DNA of 64,000 nt from Takakia lepidozioides (taxonomy: Eukaryota; Plantae; Bryophyta). The notes below the pieces were generated by a model, which was not told the DNA's origin, searched no databases, and worked only from the letters and a program-made list of their open reading frames with translations. A program made the position numbers and the translations under genes. The DNA lies in assembly GCA_030704615.1 (NCBI GenBank), contig CM060734.1:37262001-37326000 (forward strand), written 5' to 3'. Below, piece after piece: positions 62,429 to 64,000 of this stretch; the first letter of the stretch is position 1; each line of letters opens with the position of its first letter.

Positions 62429-64000
62429 GTGTTGTACATATGTTTATTTCAATACTTCAGTATGTTCTGGCATACTGTATCCCTGAAGGTAGTAGTTTGC
62501 TAAGGGCCCCACTTACAGTTAGACAACCCAATAGTCTAAATGAAAATCTAGCCCCACTTGTAATCAGTGCATACAGGTTAAACTAGCTAATGGAAGCACT
62601 AACTCGAGGATAGCCTCTTTTAATTTTCATTAAAGATTGAGTCATGTGGTTTTTCTAGGGCGCTCATCTTTCTTGCATTTTGGCCTTTTTTTTGCACTTT
62701 CCATTTTTCCTACTTTCTTGTGACTGAGTGTTGTTCATTTTAGCATGGAGAAGGAACTAACACTGACATTACCAGCCTCCCTACCACATAGGTGTTGAGC
62801 AGATGTGGATGCTCTTGCCATATCCACATCATGTTCAGCGATATGCCCCAAGCCAGCAAGCAGCTCACACCTCCTTGAAAACCCTCTTGCTCATGCCTCC
62901 GAACCCTCCTTACTGCTCAAATTCTTGGCCCTTCCTCACCCTCTCAATCCCGGTCTCATCTCCTCTCCTCTCCCTCATAGTGGAAGCTCACCTGTTTCTA
63001 GTACTTAGTTTAGTGTAGTCTAACTATTGGGTGCCTAATGGCAAGTGCACCCACCCCACCCTCCTTAAATAAGCTGCATGGTATTAATCACCAACTTATT
63101 AGAGTGGCTGAGAAAGTTGAGCATAAGTCACATTGATGGAGATTTTTAAGCAATGGGGCAAGCAGTTAACACTTGGTCACACATAGTTTAGAGCTGGGAA
63201 GAAAAAGAGATGGAAAACAGTTTATCAGGGCAACCTAAAACAGTGTTCATGCTGCAGGCGCCCTACCCTCTTAAAATAGGAGTTGTCGCCGCCCTAATGA
63301 GGTTTAAGAGACTGCAGAATTAGTAAGAGATGGTCTCTTCTAGTTGTGCATGCGGACATGGTATTTCACACATTAGTTTCAAATCCATTCAGTGGATTGT
63401 AAGTGAGAGCAAGAGATAAACTTACAGCAATACCTTATTGATAATACACGTGGTCAAAAGCACCAAATGCACCATGCAGATAGAAGATGAAATGGTAACT
63501 GAGAGGTGGGCAAGCTCATTCCAGGTCCCTATGTAGAGTATGTAGCATTCATAATCTCTATAGCTGGCCTGAAGGCTTAATATCATAATGCTAGCAAACT
63601 AGCTAACCATCCAATTTTTCTTCCAGAATCATGATAGTCGGTGTCCAGTTATTGAAACTTGTTACACAGTGACCCAGAGCAGTACTTAGTAATAGATGAA
63701 GACATGAACTTGCTAGACATGTTAATTTGATGGGGGTCTAGGGGGCAAAGAAGGGAAAAAGAATCTTGGGATGAATCTCATGTTATATATCCAGGTCAGT
63801 TAGATTAATCTCTGCAAGGGATAGCTGCATCTGCTTCCTCAACTAATTTGTGGACTCACTCTTCATTTGACTTCCTTCTTGCTTTGAAAGCTCAACTTTG
63901 CATATCTAATCGTAGTAGTATGCAGGCCAAGGGACAGCAAAACAACAAATCATTCCTTGCACAATAGGAGAAGTAGACAGCTAGTAGCTTATTAAGATCC

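Overview
Eukaryotic, intron-rich land-plant nuclear DNA. A C2CD3-like centriole gene together with DYW-type PPR editing factors points to a plant lineage with flagellated sperm (inference). Host genes are a multi-exon C2CD3-like gene, a class-B DnaJ, ALDH22A1, an SFR2-like GH1 gene and two PLS-E-DYW PPR genes. One PPR has an intact core and appears fused by splicing to three OSB-type PDF (WWDNR..PDFKHK) ssDNA-binding motifs; the other is frameshifted and lies behind an amidohydrolase exon. Mobile DNA includes a 5'-LTR-less Copia with an antisense RNase H1 hybrid-binding-domain exon, two SWIM/MULE-like relics, a Gypsy fragment, a TA-flanked MITE disrupting an LPA1-like fragment, and a full-length TTAA-flanked piggyBac. 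The strongest candidates for something new are (1) three exactly 52-nt covarying tRNA-elbow mimics (acceptor, D and T arms, no anticodon arm) 3' of the piggyBac transposase and (2) the PDF x3-PPR-DYW chimera. All coordinates and family assignments were read by eye with no database searches.
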